Shown here: positions 44,878 through 54,061 of the stretch, in pieces | How the letters are laid out: each line of letters starts with the position of its first letter | Numbering within the stretch: position 1 is the first letter of the stretch | Assembly (NCBI GenBank): GCA_963812605.1 | Contig: CAWEWF010000001.1 | Span: 608,001 to 672,000 of the forward strand | DNA from: an uncultured Verrucomicrobiae bacterium | Lineage (GTDB): Bacteria > Verrucomicrobiota > Verrucomicrobiia > Palsa-1439 | DNA length: 64,000 nt | Reading direction: 5' to 3' | Program-made: the position numbers and the translations under genes | Notes under the pieces: generated by a model | The model's input: only the letters and a program-made list of their open reading frames with translations | Databases searched by the model: none | Told to the model about the DNA's origin: nothing

Positions 44878-44922
44878 ACGGATTCCTTCCTAGGCCACAA
44901 TCGTGTGGTCGTCCGATTGCGG
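44878..44922 (+). promoter_or_regulatory. Operator box plus -35 for the ACT gene
   Basis: ACGGATTCCTTCCTA, 24 nt, TTGCGG. Confidence 0.55.
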
Positions 44923-44990
44923 AACCTTGGCGGGCTGTGTTACATGGTCTGTAGATTTTGAATAATTGAACAGTTACCAGAGAGGATGCC

Positions 44991-45482
44991 ATGGCTATTA
45001 CACGTCGAGAGATTGAACTGACAGTCCGAATTGGCCACGAACCGACCGAGATGAGCGCCGTGGGAATCATCGCCTGGCACCCCGATATCGAAGTGATGGC
45101 GATGCGTTCGTACTGTGACCATGACGGAGTCGTACTGCTTTTGGTAACCACGAACCCACGCAAGGCATCTCACGTCCTGGAAGCGTCCGGATTTCGTTGC
45201 AAGAGCAATCCGGTTCTATTGGTCGGTCCGCTTCACCGGCCCGTATTGGCGGCTGTGATCGGGGCCGAATTAGCCGGCTTGGGGATCGAGGTCCTGTACT
45301 CCTACGCTTCGCACATCGGGAATGACCGCCAATACCTGGTTTTCAAAACCACAGCCGATGACCGGGCGATGGAGGCTTTGACGATCAGCGCCAGCATTCG
45401 TGATGTGACGCCGGCGAAATCATGGCAGGACCAGAGCGCGGTTTCCGAGGCCGGATCCAACTGGCAACAGGCAGCGGCTTGA
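44991..45482 (+). CDS. Tandem ACT-domain protein
   Basis: REIELTVR...LEASGF..K.NPVLLV...RP..LA....LA..GIEVLYSY...VFKT.DD.RA pattern. Confidence 0.72.
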   Translation: MAITRREIELTVRIGHEPTEMSAVGIIAWHPDIEVMAMRSYCDHDGVVLLLVTTNPRKASHVLEASGFRCKSNPVLLVGPLHRPVLAAVIGAELAGLGIEVLYSYASHIGNDRQYLVFKTTADDRAMEALTISASIRDVTPAKSWQDQSAVSEAGSNWQQAAA

Positions 45483-45695
45483 CATTCCTTCGCCGATAAA
45501 CGGCGGGTAACAGGAAAGACTGCGCTCGCAGGGCGGGCGCGGGGAGGTTGTGTTTTGCTGGCAAACGTAAATCGGATATCTCGGCTCCCCGGACCACCTG
45601 CCGTCCGCATGTCTTTTGATTTGTATAAAGCGCTCCCGCGCCCTATGTTTACTCCGAAAGAAGGCGCAGGCGTGGCAAAGAATTCTAGACGGAAC

Positions 45696-48600
45696 ATGGG
45701 AAAAGCATTTCCGATTGTCGGTATCGGCGCATCGGCAGGGGGGCTGGAAGCGTTTCGCCAGATGCTGGAGAAACTGCCGGTGGATACCGGCATGGGCTTC
45801 GTATTGGTGCAGCACCTTGACCCGACCCACCAAAGCCAGCTCACGGAACTGTTATCGCGCGCGACCAGGTTGCCGGTGATCGAAGCGCGGAATCATATGG
45901 TGGTGAAGCCCAACCATATCTATGTCATCCCGCCCAACACGAGCATGGGCATCATCGGCCACACGCTGAAAGTCACTCCCCGCGCCCCGGGGCGGAGCCA
46001 CAACCTGCCCATCGACGCTTTCTTGGAATCATTGGCGAAGCAATGCGGCCGGCGCGCCATCGGCGTGATCCTGTCCGGCACAGCCACCGACGGGGCCGAG
46101 GGAATGAAGGCGATCCGGGCCGAAGGCGGCATCACGTTTGCGCAGGATGAGAAGTCGGCGAAGTATGACGGCATGCCGCGCGCTGCGGCGGCGACCGGTT
46201 GCGTGGATTTCGTGGCGTCGCCCGGTGCGATCGCGAAGGAATTGGCGCAAATCAGCCGCCATCCCTACGTCAACCACGCCCGTCCCGAAAAAACGGTTGA
46301 GGCGCCGCAGGAGCCGGGGGAAGATTTGGAACAGATTTTCCGGTTGCTGCGGTCGGCCACGGGAGTGGACTTCACCCATTACAAGCCGAACACGATTCGG
46401 CGACGCATCCAGCGGCGCATGGCTGTGCGCCGCCTGCACGACCTGAAGCAATATACGCGCTACCTGAAGGACCACCCGGACGAAGCGGAGGTCCTGTACG
46501 AGGATTTGCTCATCAGCGTCACGAGCTTCTTTCGCGATGCCGGTTCCTTCGGCGCGTTGAAGAAGAAGGTCTTTCCGAGAATCGTCAATGGACTGCGCAG
46601 CGACAGCGCGATCCGCGTCTGGGTGCCGGGCTGCGCGACCGGTGAGGAAGTGTATTCGTTGGCGATCCTGTTATTGGAATATCTCGGAGAGAGGGCCGGC
46701 CATGTGCCGATCCAGTTTTTTGCCACGGATATCAGTGAACGGGCGCTGGCCAAGGCGCGTTTGGGCCTGTTTCAGGGGAACATCGCGGCGGATGTGTCGC
46801 CGGCGCGGTTGCGCCGTTTCTTCACCAAAGTGACGGGCGGATACCAGGTCAATAAAGCCGTTCGGGAACTGTGTATTTTCGCCAAACAAAACGTCGCCAA
46901 GGACCCGCCTTTTTCGAGTCTCGACCTGATCAGTTGCCGCAATGTCCTGATTTATCTCAATCCCGTGCTGCAAAAGCGGGTCATGCCGATCTTTCACTAT
47001 GCGCTGAAACCGAACGGGTTCCTGCTCCTGGGCGGGTCGGAGACGACCAGCGGATTCGAGAACCTCTTTGGGCCTTTCGACCGAAAACACCGGATCTACG
47101 CGAAACAGGCCGCGGCGGCGCGGCCAGTGGTTGACTTTTCAGTCAGCGATTATCCCGCCGGCGAGCCGGAAGCGCCGCGCCAATCAGTCGTGCCGGAACG
47201 ACCGGCGTTTGACATCCAACGGGAGGCGGATCGGATGTTATTGGGACGCTTCGCGCCCGCCTCGGTGCTGATCAACGAACACATGGAGATTTTGCAGTTT
47301 CGCGGGCACACCGGTCCGTATTTGGAGGCGGCTTCCGGCTCGGCCAGCCTCAACCTGCTCAAGATGGCGCGGGAGGGATTGTTGATGGAATTGCGCTCGG
47401 CCATCCACAAGGCCCGGAAAAAGGGCGTGCCGATTCGTCACGAGGGGCTGCGCATCAAATCGAACGGCGAGACCCGCTCGGTCAACCTCGAGGTGGTGCC
47501 GATTAAGTCCGGCATGCGGGAGCGCCACTTTCTCGTGCTGTTCCAGGAAACAGACCAGCCCGCGCCGAGCGAGGCGGTGGTCACCAAGGTGCGCCCGATC
47601 AAGACCCGAAACCTGGAGAAGACAACGGCGCGGCTCGAGCAGGAGTTGACCGCCACCAAGGATTACATGCAATCGGTGGTCGAGGATTTGGAAGACGCCA
47701 ATGAGGAACTCAAGGCCGCGAACGAAGAAATCCAGTCGAGCAACGAGGAACTGCAGTCCACCAACGAGGAATTGGAAACCGCCAAGGAAGAGTTGCAGTC
47801 CACCAACGAAGAGCTGACCACGGTCAACGAGGAATTGCAAAACCGCAACGTCGAGTTGGGCCAACTCAACAACGACCTGGTCAACGTGCTGGTCAGCGTC
47901 AACCTGCCGATTCTCATCCTCGGCCCGGACCTGCGGGTGCGGCGGATGACGCCGGCCGCGGAGAAAGTGTTGCACTTGCAGCCCGGGGATATCGGCCGGT
48001 TGGTGACGGATTTGCGGCTGCCCATGGATGTGCCGGACCTGGAGGAAATGATTGCCGATTCGATGGACTCGCTCAGCGTCAAAGCCCGCGAGGTGCGGAC
48101 CCGCGATGGCCACTGGTATCTGCTGCGCATTCGTCCCTACCGGACGACTGACAACAAGATTGATGGCGCGGTGATCAAATTGCTGGATATCGACGAGCTC
48201 AAGCGCACGCTCCAGGAAACGGAGAATGCTCGTGATTTCGCGCAGGCCATCGTGGAAACCGTGCGCGAACCGTTGCTGGTGCTGAACCGCCAATTGCGCG
48301 TCCAGACGGCGAACCGGACGTTTCAGCGGGTCTTTCACGTCACGAAAGAGGAAACCGAGGGAAAATTCATTTACCATCTTGGCGACAAACAATGGAACAT
48401 CCCGGCCTTGCGCGAACTGCTGGAAAACATCCTTCCCCGGAACTCGCAATTCACGGATTTCGAGGTGGACCACGTGTTCCCGAAGATTGGGCGGCGGATT
48501 ATGGTGTTGAACGCGCGGCGACTGCAACGGGACGGGAGTGACGCGCACATGATTTTGCTGGCGATCGAAGACGTCACGGAACGCAAAAAACTGGAGAAGG

Positions 48601-49301
48601 CGGTGCTGGACATCAGTGAAGCGGAACAACAGCGCATCGGGCGCGATCTGCACGACGGCCTGGGACAGCATCTCACGGGCATCGGCTTCATGAGCGAATC
48701 CCTGGAAGATCGCCTCGCAGCCAAAGCGTTGCCCGAAGCGACGGCGCTGGCGGCAAAGGTCACCAAGCGCATCAAGGAAGCCGTCACACAAACGCGGGAC
48801 CTGGCCAAAGGGCTGTTCCCCGTTGAATTGAAGACCCACGGCATCGCACCCGCTTTACAGAAGCTGGCGATCAATACCGAAAAATTGTTCCGGATTACCT
48901 GTTCATTCAAGGGTGAAGCGTCCCTGCGGATTCGCAACGAGAGCGTGTCGCGCCATCTCTACCGGATTGCCCAGGAAGCCGTCTTCAACGCGGTGAAACA
49001 CAGCCATGGAAAACACATCCGGATCCATCTTGACGAGGAGCGCGGTGCCATTCGGTTGACGATCGAGGACGATGGGGTCGGCATCGACACCCGCAAGGTG
49101 GGCGAGAGCGACATGGGGTTGGATATCATGCGCTACCGTGCCGGCGTGATCGACGCCAAATTGGACATTCGCCGGGGCCCGCAGGGCGGGACCACCGTGA
49201 CGTGCATTGTTGAAAATGCCAATGGGAAAAAAGGGACTCATGAAAAGTTCAATCAAGCCAACAAAGGACAAAGGAAAACAACGCGTCCTCATCGTCGATG
49301 A
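45696..49301 (+). CDS. CheB-CheR-coiled coil-PAS-PAS-HisKA_3 hybrid kinase (start uncertain, 45645-45696)
   Basis: GASAGG, VQHL, SGTATDG (CheB triad); SFFRD, WVPGCATGEE, CRNVLIY (CheR); NEELQST repeats; DLHDGLGQ; DDGVG. Confidence 0.93.
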   Translation: MGKAFPIVGIGASAGGLEAFRQMLEKLPVDTGMGFVLVQHLDPTHQSQLTELLSRATRLPVIEARNHMVVKPNHIYVIPPNTSMGIIGHTLKVTPRAPGRSHNLPIDAFLESLAKQCGRRAIGVILSGTATDGAEGMKAIRAEGGITFAQDEKSAKYDGMPRAAAATGCVDFVASPGAIAKELAQISRHPYVNHARPEKTVEAPQEPGEDLEQIFRLLRSATGVDFTHYKPNTIRRRIQRRMAVRRLHDLKQYTRYLKDHPDEAEVLYEDLLISVTSFFRDAGSFGALKKKVFPRIVNGLRSDSAIRVWVPGCATGEEVYSLAILLLEYLGERAGHVPIQFFATDISERALAKARLGLFQGNIAADVSPARLRRFFTKVTGGYQVNKAVRELCIFAKQNVAKDPPFSSLDLISCRNVLIYLNPVLQKRVMPIFHYALKPNGFLLLGGSETTSGFENLFGPFDRKHRIYAKQAAAARPVVDFSVSDYPAGEPEAPRQSVVPERPAFDIQREADRMLLGRFAPASVLINEHMEILQFRGHTGPYLEAASGSASLNLLKMAREGLLMELRSAIHKARKKGVPIRHEGLRIKSNGETRSVNLEVVPIKSGMRERHFLVLFQETDQPAPSEAVVTKVRPIKTRNLEKTTARLEQELTATKDYMQSVVEDLEDANEELKAANEEIQSSNEELQSTNEELETAKEELQSTNEELTTVNEELQNRNVELGQLNNDLVNVLVSVNLPILILGPDLRVRRMTPAAEKVLHLQPGDIGRLVTDLRLPMDVPDLEEMIADSMDSLSVKAREVRTRDGHWYLLRIRPYRTTDNKIDGAVIKLLDIDELKRTLQETENARDFAQAIVETVREPLLVLNRQLRVQTANRTFQRVFHVTKEETEGKFIYHLGDKQWNIPALRELLENILPRNSQFTDFEVDHVFPKIGRRIMVLNARRLQRDGSDAHMILLAIEDVTERKKLEKAVLDISEAEQQRIGRDLHDGLGQHLTGIGFMSESLEDRLAAKALPEATALAAKVTKRIKEAVTQTRDLAKGLFPVELKTHGIAPALQKLAINTEKLFRITCSFKGEASLRIRNESVSRHLYRIAQEAVFNAVKHSHGKHIRIHLDEERGAIRLTIEDDGVGIDTRKVGESDMGLDIMRYRAGVIDAKLDIRRGPQGGTTVTCIVENANGKKGTHEKFNQANKGQRKTTRPHRR

Positions 49302-49929
49302 CCACGCGGTGCTGCGCGAAGGACTGGCGCTGGTGATCAATGCCCAGCCCGACCTGCAGGTATGTGGGGAAGCCGCCACCGTGAGCGGCGGGTTGCAAGC
49401 CGTGGCCACAGCGCGGCCGGACATTGCGCTCATCGATCTTTCGTTGATGGGCGGCAGCGGGCTGGAGCTGGTCAAGGACCTGAAGGCGCAACATCCCAAC
49501 CTGCCCACGCTGGTGCTGTCGCTGCACGACGAGGCGCTCTACGCGGAACGCGTGCTGCGCGCTGGGGCCCGAGGGTACATCATGAAGCGGGCGGCGACGA
49601 CCGACCTGCTGCTGGCAATCCGCAAGATCCTGGATGGCGAGATTTATCTGAGCGAAACGATGGGGTCGGTGGTTGTCCGCCAGGCGCTCGGGGATCGGGA
49701 ATCTCCAACCGGTGGCGGTCCGCTGGAACAGCTCAGCGATCGGGAACTGGAAGTGTTCCAACTTCTCGGGGAGGGGCACAGTACGCGCGAGATTGCCGGG
49801 CAACTCAAGTTGAGCATAAAAACCATTTCGTGTTACCGGCAGAATATCCAGACCAAGCTGGAACTAAAAGATGCCGCGGCGCTGGTGCAGCGCGCCGTCC
49901 ACTGGGCCGCGACCCTGCGGGCCGACTGA
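49240..49929 (+). CDS. NarL/FixJ-family response regulator
   Basis: IVDDHA, IDLSL, GYIMK, LSDRELEVF. Confidence 0.93.
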   Translation: MKSSIKPTKDKGKQRVLIVDDHAVLREGLALVINAQPDLQVCGEAATVSGGLQAVATARPDIALIDLSLMGGSGLELVKDLKAQHPNLPTLVLSLHDEALYAERVLRAGARGYIMKRAATTDLLLAIRKILDGEIYLSETMGSVVVRQALGDRESPTGGGPLEQLSDRELEVFQLLGEGHSTREIAGQLKLSIKTISCYRQNIQTKLELKDAAALVQRAVHWAATLRAD

Positions 49930-49953
49930 GCTTTGCGCAGCGGCAGTGGGGCC

Positions 49954-49998
49954 TAGGTTTTTCTCTCAGGGTGAATTAGGAATTCTTACCCATTGAAG
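49954..49998 (+). promoter_or_regulatory. Tandem operator boxes plus -35
   Basis: TAGGTTTTTCTCTCA (49954), TAGGAATTCTTACCC (49977), TTGAAG (49993). Confidence 0.55.
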
Positions 49999-50044
49999 TT
50001 CCCCGTTTGCGCCATATATTTTTCCTCGGAGAGAGGAGTGTATC

Positions 50045-50521
50045 ATGAAAAGATTTTTAGGAACCGCGGCAGCTCTGGCCGGGATGATGACCGCTGTGAT
50101 TTGTAGGGCAAGCGGCCCGCTTGCCGTCGTTCATCGACGTGGCAGGCGGGGCCGCCTGCCCTACAATGCAGAAGCGTCTCGGCTTAAACTGATACACTAC
50201 CTTCTGGCCGGGATGATAGCCGCCGGCGTGATTTTCAGCGCCTCCGGACAGGATCCAGCGCCGTCAGGGAAACTTTTCATTTTTAGCGGCGTCCTGCGCT
50301 CCATGGATAAGCAGGCCCGGACCGTTACCGTGGAGGCTTCGGCTTCCGCCGTCAGCCAGAAGTTTATTGTTCCAACCGATGCCGAGATTATCGTGAAGGA
50401 CAAACCGAAGGGCGAACTCTCGGACCTAATGATTGGCGACGGAGTCCAGGTAAAATACACGGAAGACGACGGCGCTCCTGTGGCGCATCAGATCTCGATT
50501 CTCGGGCTGAAGAACCCGTAA
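50045..50521 (+). CDS. Secreted small OB-fold protein (paralog)
   Basis: SGVLRSMD...TVTV...KDKPKGELSDLMIGDGVQVKY; AGGAG RBS. Confidence 0.7.
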   Translation: MKRFLGTAAALAGMMTAVICRASGPLAVVHRRGRRGRLPYNAEASRLKLIHYLLAGMIAAGVIFSASGQDPAPSGKLFIFSGVLRSMDKQARTVTVEASASAVSQKFIVPTDAEIIVKDKPKGELSDLMIGDGVQVKYTEDDGAPVAHQISILGLKNP

Positions 50522-50535
50522 TCGCTTGCGCGTGG

Positions 50536-51027
50536 TTACGCTGCCTCTTTGGCCGTACCCGCCTCCGCCAGTTCCTTCGTAGCCGATTCCCGCCAACTCC
50601 TGGCGGCCGCTAGGTCATGGATCAGGGCTTCCACTTCCAGGATATAGATGGCGCGGTTGTCATCGGTGGTCTTGAAAACCACATAACTCAACTCGCGGTC
50701 GGAACGGAACGAGTAGCTATAAAGAATATTGATGCCCGCCTTGGCCAGTTTGTCATTGAGGAACTCGGGTAGCCCGGGTTTATCAGGTGTTTCCACCAGC
50801 ACGACGGGATTGGACCGGCAGGAAAACCCCGCGGCTTGGAGGGCGCGCGTCGTGCGAAAGGCATCCTCGGTGACGAGTTTCACCACGGCATCCCCGCCGT
50901 CCCAATAAGAACTGGCGGCCAGGACCTCGGCCCCGCAGGAAACGGTGATGGCGATCAGTTTGCTCAGGAGTGACGGTTGGCTGGTTGTACGGACCGTGAT
51001 TTCGATTTGTCGAGTGGCGCCGATCAT
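50536..51027 (-). CDS. Tandem ACT-domain protein (paralog)
   Basis: RQIEITVR...LQAAGF.CRSNPVVLVE..DKPG...GINILYSY...VFKTTDDNRA. Confidence 0.78.
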   Translation of the reverse strand: MIGATRQIEITVRTTSQPSLLSKLIAITVSCGAEVLAASSYWDGGDAVVKLVTEDAFRTTRALQAAGFSCRSNPVVLVETPDKPGLPEFLNDKLAKAGINILYSYSFRSDRELSYVVFKTTDDNRAIYILEVEALIHDLAAARSWRESATKELAEAGTAKEAA

Positions 51028-51076
51028 GACAACTCCTTTTGTTATTGGCTATTCAATCACCTCAACGATCTGCGGG

Positions 51077-51256
51077 CAGTTTACGGCAAGGCGAGGGTCC
51101 GATGCAATCAGGTGACAGGCTGGTATTCAGGTAAGAAAACCACCCATTCTTCGGCTAGGAGTTTTCGGTAGCGACAGTGCGGGAAACATAGGATATCGTC
51201 CGATGCAAGATTCGGGTCTTGCCCGACTGGTAACCGAAAGAGGTGTCCGCTATTCT
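51077..51256. promoter_or_regulatory. Divergent promoter with three operator boxes
   Basis: TAAGAAAACCACCCA (51132), TAGGAGTTTTCGGTA (51156), TAGGATATCGTCCGA (51189); minus TTGCAT..TAAACT lies 24 nt from the first box. Confidence 0.6.
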
Positions 51257-51289
51257 TGCCGATGTTTGGAGATTGGAGGGAGAGTTATT

Positions 51290-51553
51290 ATGACGACAAT
51301 CAACCGCCCGAGCGAAGAGCAGGTGCGAGTGCGCGCCTACCAAATCTACCTGGAACGCGGTGGCCAACACGGACATGACGCCGACGATTGGCTGCAAGCC
51401 GAGTACGAGTTGATGCAATTGCCCATCCAGAAGATTGCCAAACTCAATACAGCCCGGCCAAAAGGAAAAGACAACCGGAAGCTGGCGCTTGTCAACCTGG
51501 TCCAAGCGGCCCTGCTCCTGGGCGCCGAAGCTCTCCCGCATTTCAAGGCATGA
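51290..51553 (+). CDS. DUF2934-domain protein
   Basis: EEQVRVRAYQIYLERG...G...DDWLQAE signature. Confidence 0.85.
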   Translation: MTTINRPSEEQVRVRAYQIYLERGGQHGHDADDWLQAEYELMQLPIQKIAKLNTARPKGKDNRKLALVNLVQAALLLGAEALPHFKA

Positions 51554-51593
51554 GTTTGGGCGCTTTTCTGCTGACGGAAAGCCACCGCCGCGG

Positions 51594-51818
51594 TTAGACC
51601 CGCTTGGCTGATGTGACCAACAGCAGGACCCCGCCGATCACACAGACCGCGCCCACCACCGGTGGAAAATAGGCTTTGTGGGTCTTGTCCGCAGTGACCT
51701 GAATCGGGCCGGCGTCGATGACTTTGTCGCGGGTGCGATAAGTAACGACTCCCGCGTATGAAAATAGCAGGATGCCGATGACGAGTAGAAGAATACCGAG
51801 GCTGCGTGATTGATTCAT
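51594..51818 (-). CDS. Small two-TM membrane protein (DUF3185-like)
   Basis: LGILLLVIGI...VIDAGPIQVTA...PPVVG...GGVLLL; GGAG RBS. Confidence 0.7.
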   Translation of the reverse strand: MNQSRSLGILLLVIGILLFSYAGVVTYRTRDKVIDAGPIQVTADKTHKAYFPPVVGAVCVIGGVLLLVTSAKRV

Positions 51819-51901
51819 GATTGGATCTCCCTTTTGAGTTTGCCTGCATTTGCCAACCCTACGGTCATTTGCTCTTGCACCTCTATTTATCTTTCACGTG
51901 G

Positions 51902-52042
51902 AGCTTATCACCGCTGGAACGCCTAACAATCGGGTGAAGGCTGGGCTTCTTCTAGGAGGTTCCCCTAAGAGGCTTATGACATCGCCCTAGAGTAATACCG
52001 GTGTTCCCCCCAATTGTCATACAGCCGGGTGAGGTCTATCCT
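51902..52042. promoter_or_regulatory. Divergent promoter with two operator boxes
   Basis: TAGGAGGTTCCCCTA (51953) and TATGACATCGCCCTA (51975); plus TTGTCA (52014), 17 nt, TATCCT; minus TTGTTA..TAAGCT. Confidence 0.68.
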
Positions 52043-52067
52043 GAAACACAACAAAGGAGACCACGTC

Positions 52068-52286
52068 ATGAACGAAGATCAAATCAAGGGAAACTGGAAG
52101 CAGTTCAAGGGCAAGGTGAAGGAAAAGTGGGGCAAGCTGACCGACGACGATCTCGAGGTCATCGAGGGTCGGGCGGACCAGTTGGTCGGCAAACTGCAGG
52201 AGCGCTATGGAATTGCCAGGCAAGAGGCGGAAAAGCAATACCGGGAATTCATTGCTTCCTGCGACGAACACCGTAAGGCAGCGTAA
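52068..52286 (+). CDS. csbD: CsbD/YjbJ-family stress protein
   Basis: MNEDQIKGNWKQFKGKVKEKWGKLTDDDL...LVGKLQERYG. Confidence 0.93.
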   Translation: MNEDQIKGNWKQFKGKVKEKWGKLTDDDLEVIEGRADQLVGKLQERYGIARQEAEKQYREFIASCDEHRKAA

Positions 52287-52313
52287 CGAGGCGGGGAATT
52301 GGGAGAAATATTT

Positions 52314-52466
52314 ATGAGAACCATACTCTTGGTAATCCTCGTATTGTTGTTGATTGGCGCGTTACCCACGTGGCCGTACAGCAGCGGCTGGGGCTATTAT
52401 CCATCTGGTGGCCTCGGATTGCTGCTGGTGATATTGCTGGTACTGGCCGTGGCCGGAGCCGTTTGA
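52314..52466 (+). CDS. DUF3309-family small membrane protein (50 aa)
   Basis: Hand translation MRTILLVILVLLLIGALPTWPYSSGWGYYPSGGLGLLLVILLVLAVAGAV*; below the ORF-track cutoff. Confidence 0.9.
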   Translation: MRTILLVILVLLLIGALPTWPYSSGWGYYPSGGLGLLLVILLVLAVAGAV

Positions 52467-52579
52467 CCATTGTCCTGGGGCGCAAAATACCGCACCATCC
52501 GCCGTGGTTTTGCGACGGGTGGTGCGAAGTTGTTTTATGGCCCAGTTACGCGTGGGAATAATGAATTTGGCTGGATGCG

Positions 52580-52801
52580 TTATCGCTGCGGCTTGGCGGT
52601 GGGAGGCTGTCCACTCGAGCCCTTGGCATGGGCTGGCTTGCCGGCCATGAAGCGATTGCATCCGCTGTTGCCGGATACGCGCAATTTGTAGGGGAACAGC
52701 TTTTCATCAATGCACAATCCCATCGTGGTGTTTTTGACAGAAGCTTTCGGCTCGATCTGCCACCATTTGCAGTCCTTGCACAATCCCCATTCGTTACTCA
52801 T
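52580..52801 (-). CDS. Small 4-Cys protein with HiPIP-like spacing
   Basis: CKDCKWW...GLC...VSGNSGCNRF; GAGG RBS; overlaps the upstream gene end. Confidence 0.75.
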   Translation of the reverse strand: MSNEWGLCKDCKWWQIEPKASVKNTTMGLCIDEKLFPYKLRVSGNSGCNRFMAGKPAHAKGSSGQPPTAKPQR

Positions 52802-53267
52802 GGTTTTCCTCCGGTTGATTGGTGTCGCCCGCCGGAACCAGTTCGCGGCGTGACCCCGGCGGGAGGTCCATCGCCTCGAGCACGGTGACTGCTTGCGAAC
52901 TGTCGGTGGTTTTCAAAACCAGTACGGTGCCCTTGTCGGGCGAACAACAGGTATAGGCATCCAGCATCTCGACGCCGTTGGCGCGCAACTCGGTACACAG
53001 GCGGACGGCTGACACGCAGCGGTGCTTTTCTTCCATCACCACCACCCGATTCGCCTCGCACTCGAAGCCGGCCGCTTGCAAAATACGGATGATGCCACTG
53101 TCCTTTCCCGTCACGAGGAGCACCGCCGCGCGCTCGTGGTCACTATAGAAACGCCAGGCGCCGACGGCGGAAGACTGCGCCGCCAAAACCGCGAAGAGTT
53201 TCGCCAGTACTTCCAAATCGTTGGCGATATGCAACATCACCTCATTTCGCTCTTGAATCTCTCGCAT
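52794..53267 (-). CDS. Tandem ACT-domain protein (divergent paralog)
   Basis: LQAAGFECEANRVVV...L..NGVEMLDAY...VLKTTD...A aligns with the two other ACT paralogs. Confidence 0.65.
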   Translation of the reverse strand: MREIQERNEVMLHIANDLEVLAKLFAVLAAQSSAVGAWRFYSDHERAAVLLVTGKDSGIIRILQAAGFECEANRVVVMEEKHRCVSAVRLCTELRANGVEMLDAYTCCSPDKGTVLVLKTTDSSQAVTVLEAMDLPPGSRRELVPAGDTNQPEENHE

Positions 53268-53329
53268 GTGATTTTCTCCTTCCGGCGTTTTGCGGTTGCT
53301 GGTCCATAAAAAGATCTCTTATGCTTGGA

Positions 53330-53397
53330 AGCGTATCCTTTACCCCGCTTTCCGACAATTGGCGCGGGGGCTGATTGCGATCTAGGAGCTTCTCCCA
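53330..53397 (-). promoter_or_regulatory. Operator box plus sigma70 promoter
   Basis: Box TAGGAGCTTCTCCCA (53383), 24 nt, TTGTCG, 17 nt, TACGCT on the minus strand. Confidence 0.7.
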
Positions 53398-53489
53398 TGA
53401 GGATGTTTGCTCAGTCGGACTTCACCAATGGGCTGTTGGTGTCCTTCCGGCCGCTTTTCAGTTCCTTGCGGGCTTTGCCCGGTCCGTTC

Positions 53490-53557
53490 TAGGATATTCT
53501 CCGAGTGGAACTGGGGGTTACATCCCAGACCGAAACTAGCACGCTGCCCAATTGCGG
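53490..53557 (+). promoter_or_regulatory. Tandem operator boxes plus -35
   Basis: TAGGATATTCTCCGA (53490), GGGGGTTACATCCCA (53513), 24 nt, TTGCGG. Confidence 0.58.
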
Positions 53558-53607
53558 AGTTCGCAAAACCGGGGCTTAATTGGCTGGTAATTGAAAGGCG
53601 GATTCTA

Positions 53608-53832
53608 ATGACAACGAACGAGACATTACGTGAAGTCAGCCAAAAGAGCCGGTATCGAGGCAGAAACGTCCTTCTGCGCGGGCGAAGACGTGGACCGCAT
53701 GATCAATGGCTTCCCGAAGCCAGCCTGGCAACGATCTGGCCGGTGGAGGACCAGGCGCGGTGCATTCCCATACGCTGGGTGCCTTCCCAGGCGCGCGTTG
53801 TCCCCGTGAGCCAGAAGGAGGGTGGACATTGA
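53608..53832 (+). CDS. Small hypothetical protein
   Basis: MTTNETLREVSQK... lies downstream of a box-type promoter; no recognised motif. Confidence 0.35.
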   Translation: MTTNETLREVSQKSRYRGRNVLLRGRRRGPHDQWLPEASLATIWPVEDQARCIPIRWVPSQARVVPVSQKEGGH

Positions 53833-54061
53833 TAACAAGTGCCGGCTCTCGGTGGCGTCCGCGGTTGCGAATGTCCGTTAAGACCTCGGACATTCTCCGA
53901 GATTCGGCTGCGGTCGTGTCCGAGAGTGAAATAGGCGAGGTTGCCCCATTGTTTCATCCCCATGGATGCGGGATATTTACAGCGGCAGCAGGAAATACCT
54001 CGGTATTCGGAGAGTATGCGTGCGTCAGCACAAACATCAGGAGTGCAGAACAAAGGGATGC

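Noticed and set aside
47690-47850. Nucleotide repeats CAACGAGGAA.TGCAGTCCA as a repeat array
   Set aside because: These are coding heptad repeats (NEELQST) of the CheB/CheR kinase coiled coil.
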